Of a stretch of DNA of 26,922 nt, positions 26,400 to 26,922 are shown piece by piece. The position numbers and the translations under genes are program-made. The notes beneath the pieces are model-generated. The model was not told the origin of the DNA. It saw nothing but the letters and a program-made list of their open reading frames with translations, and ran no database searches. The stretch covers positions 1 through 26,922 of the forward strand of contig JAOZPT010000032.1 of assembly GCA_029932605.1 (NCBI GenBank), read 5' to 3'. Position 1 is the stretch's first letter; each line of letters starts with the position of its first letter. Source of the DNA: Candidatus Zixiibacteriota bacterium. Lineage in GTDB: Bacteria > Zixibacteria > MSB-5A5 > UBA10806 > 4484-95.

Positions 26400-26921
26400 T
26401 CAAGATGAAATACCACCGCCTCCGCCCTCATTTGTTTTCCCACTTTTCCATCCTGTTCTTCCTTCAATTGAAATACTATTAGGCGCATTTAATATTTTTC
26501 TATCTAACTTGCAAACGTTGCTAAAAATACAATATTTATCATCGTTAAAAACCAATCTGTCCTGTGGGATAAGACTTTCTAATTTTTTCTCGGTTACAGA
26601 TTTTTCTGGGGGACAGGAGCGTTTATTAGGACGGCAGGCTATCTTCCCAAGTCTAAAGATAAGATAATCCATTGATGCTGGAGTTGGTGGTCTATGATTA
26701 TTTGAAATATTACCCCATTGTTCCCAGACTTTACGCCATGCTTCGCGGTTCAACTTGTCAACCAAAGAATACTGATAACAAAATACATCCAAGAAACTGG
26801 CAAGTAACGGAATACGAAATTGGAGAATCCCTGTTCTTAAAGCAACTCTCATTGTATTCTTGTCACTCATTACATCTAATTTGGAAATGTTCTCTTTATA
26901 TTCCCATACTCCCAAATCAGC
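26400..26921 (-). CDS. Partial gene (3' end), possible HhH-GPD/EndoIII-like protein with an Fe-S cluster loop
   Basis: Frame is open to the window edge; DVMSDKNTMRVALRTG and MDYLIFRLGKIACRPNKRSC...CIFSNVC resemble the HhH-GPD C-terminal region. Confidence 0.5.
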   Translation of the reverse strand, partial: ADLGVWEYKENISKLDVMSDKNTMRVALRTGILQFRIPLLASFLDVFCYQYSLVDKLNREAWRKVWEQWGNISNNHRPPTPASMDYLIFRLGKIACRPNKRSCPPEKSVTEKKLESLIPQDRLVFNDDKYCIFSNVCKLDRKILNAPNSISIEGRTGWKSGKTNEGGGGGISS

Positions 26922-26922
26922 A

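Noticed and set aside
1..26922. CRISPR arrays, tRNA/rRNA genes, riboswitches
   Set aside because: No regularly spaced repeats or recognisable structured RNA were seen by eye; intergenic regions are short and AT-rich. A covariance-model scan of 24875-25195 and 23345-23560 would be needed to exclude small RNAs.

Overview
Bacterial genomic window, moderately AT-rich, with most genes on the minus strand. The protein repertoire (FlgD/T9SS-like C-terminal domain, GWxTD protein, a TWGxIK C-terminus, three parvulin PPIases behind mfd) suggests a diderm of the FCB region such as candidate division Zixibacteria; this is inference only. Left to right: (1) a decaying accessory patch with an FG-GAP/FlgD-Ig pseudogene, a TPR lipoprotein with a DUF2723-like domain and a ~520 bp internally deleted IS5 derivative with terminal inverted repeats; (2) a housekeeping run transcribed leftward, mfd - three PPIases including SurA - S4/Hsp15/RqcP-like - hflX - SDR - DUF2914; (3) the most interesting block, a tightly coupled six-gene operon with its own promoter and terminator, encoding pyruvoyl arginine decarboxylase, a deoxyhypusine synthase-like enzyme, agmatinase and three interleaved class I SAM methyltransferases, a candidate pathway for methylated homospermidine-type polyamines; (4) a GWxTD/TPR lipoprotein, a hypothetical protein and an RsbU/RsbW/RsbV-type partner-switching module with no sigma factor in the window; (5) a secreted protein ending in TWGKIKALFR, rex with a perfect Rex box, a divergent beta-decarboxylating dehydrogenase, and a partial HhH-GPD/Fe-S-like gene. 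No rRNA, tRNA or CRISPR array was seen. All family calls come from motif recognition by eye, not database searches.
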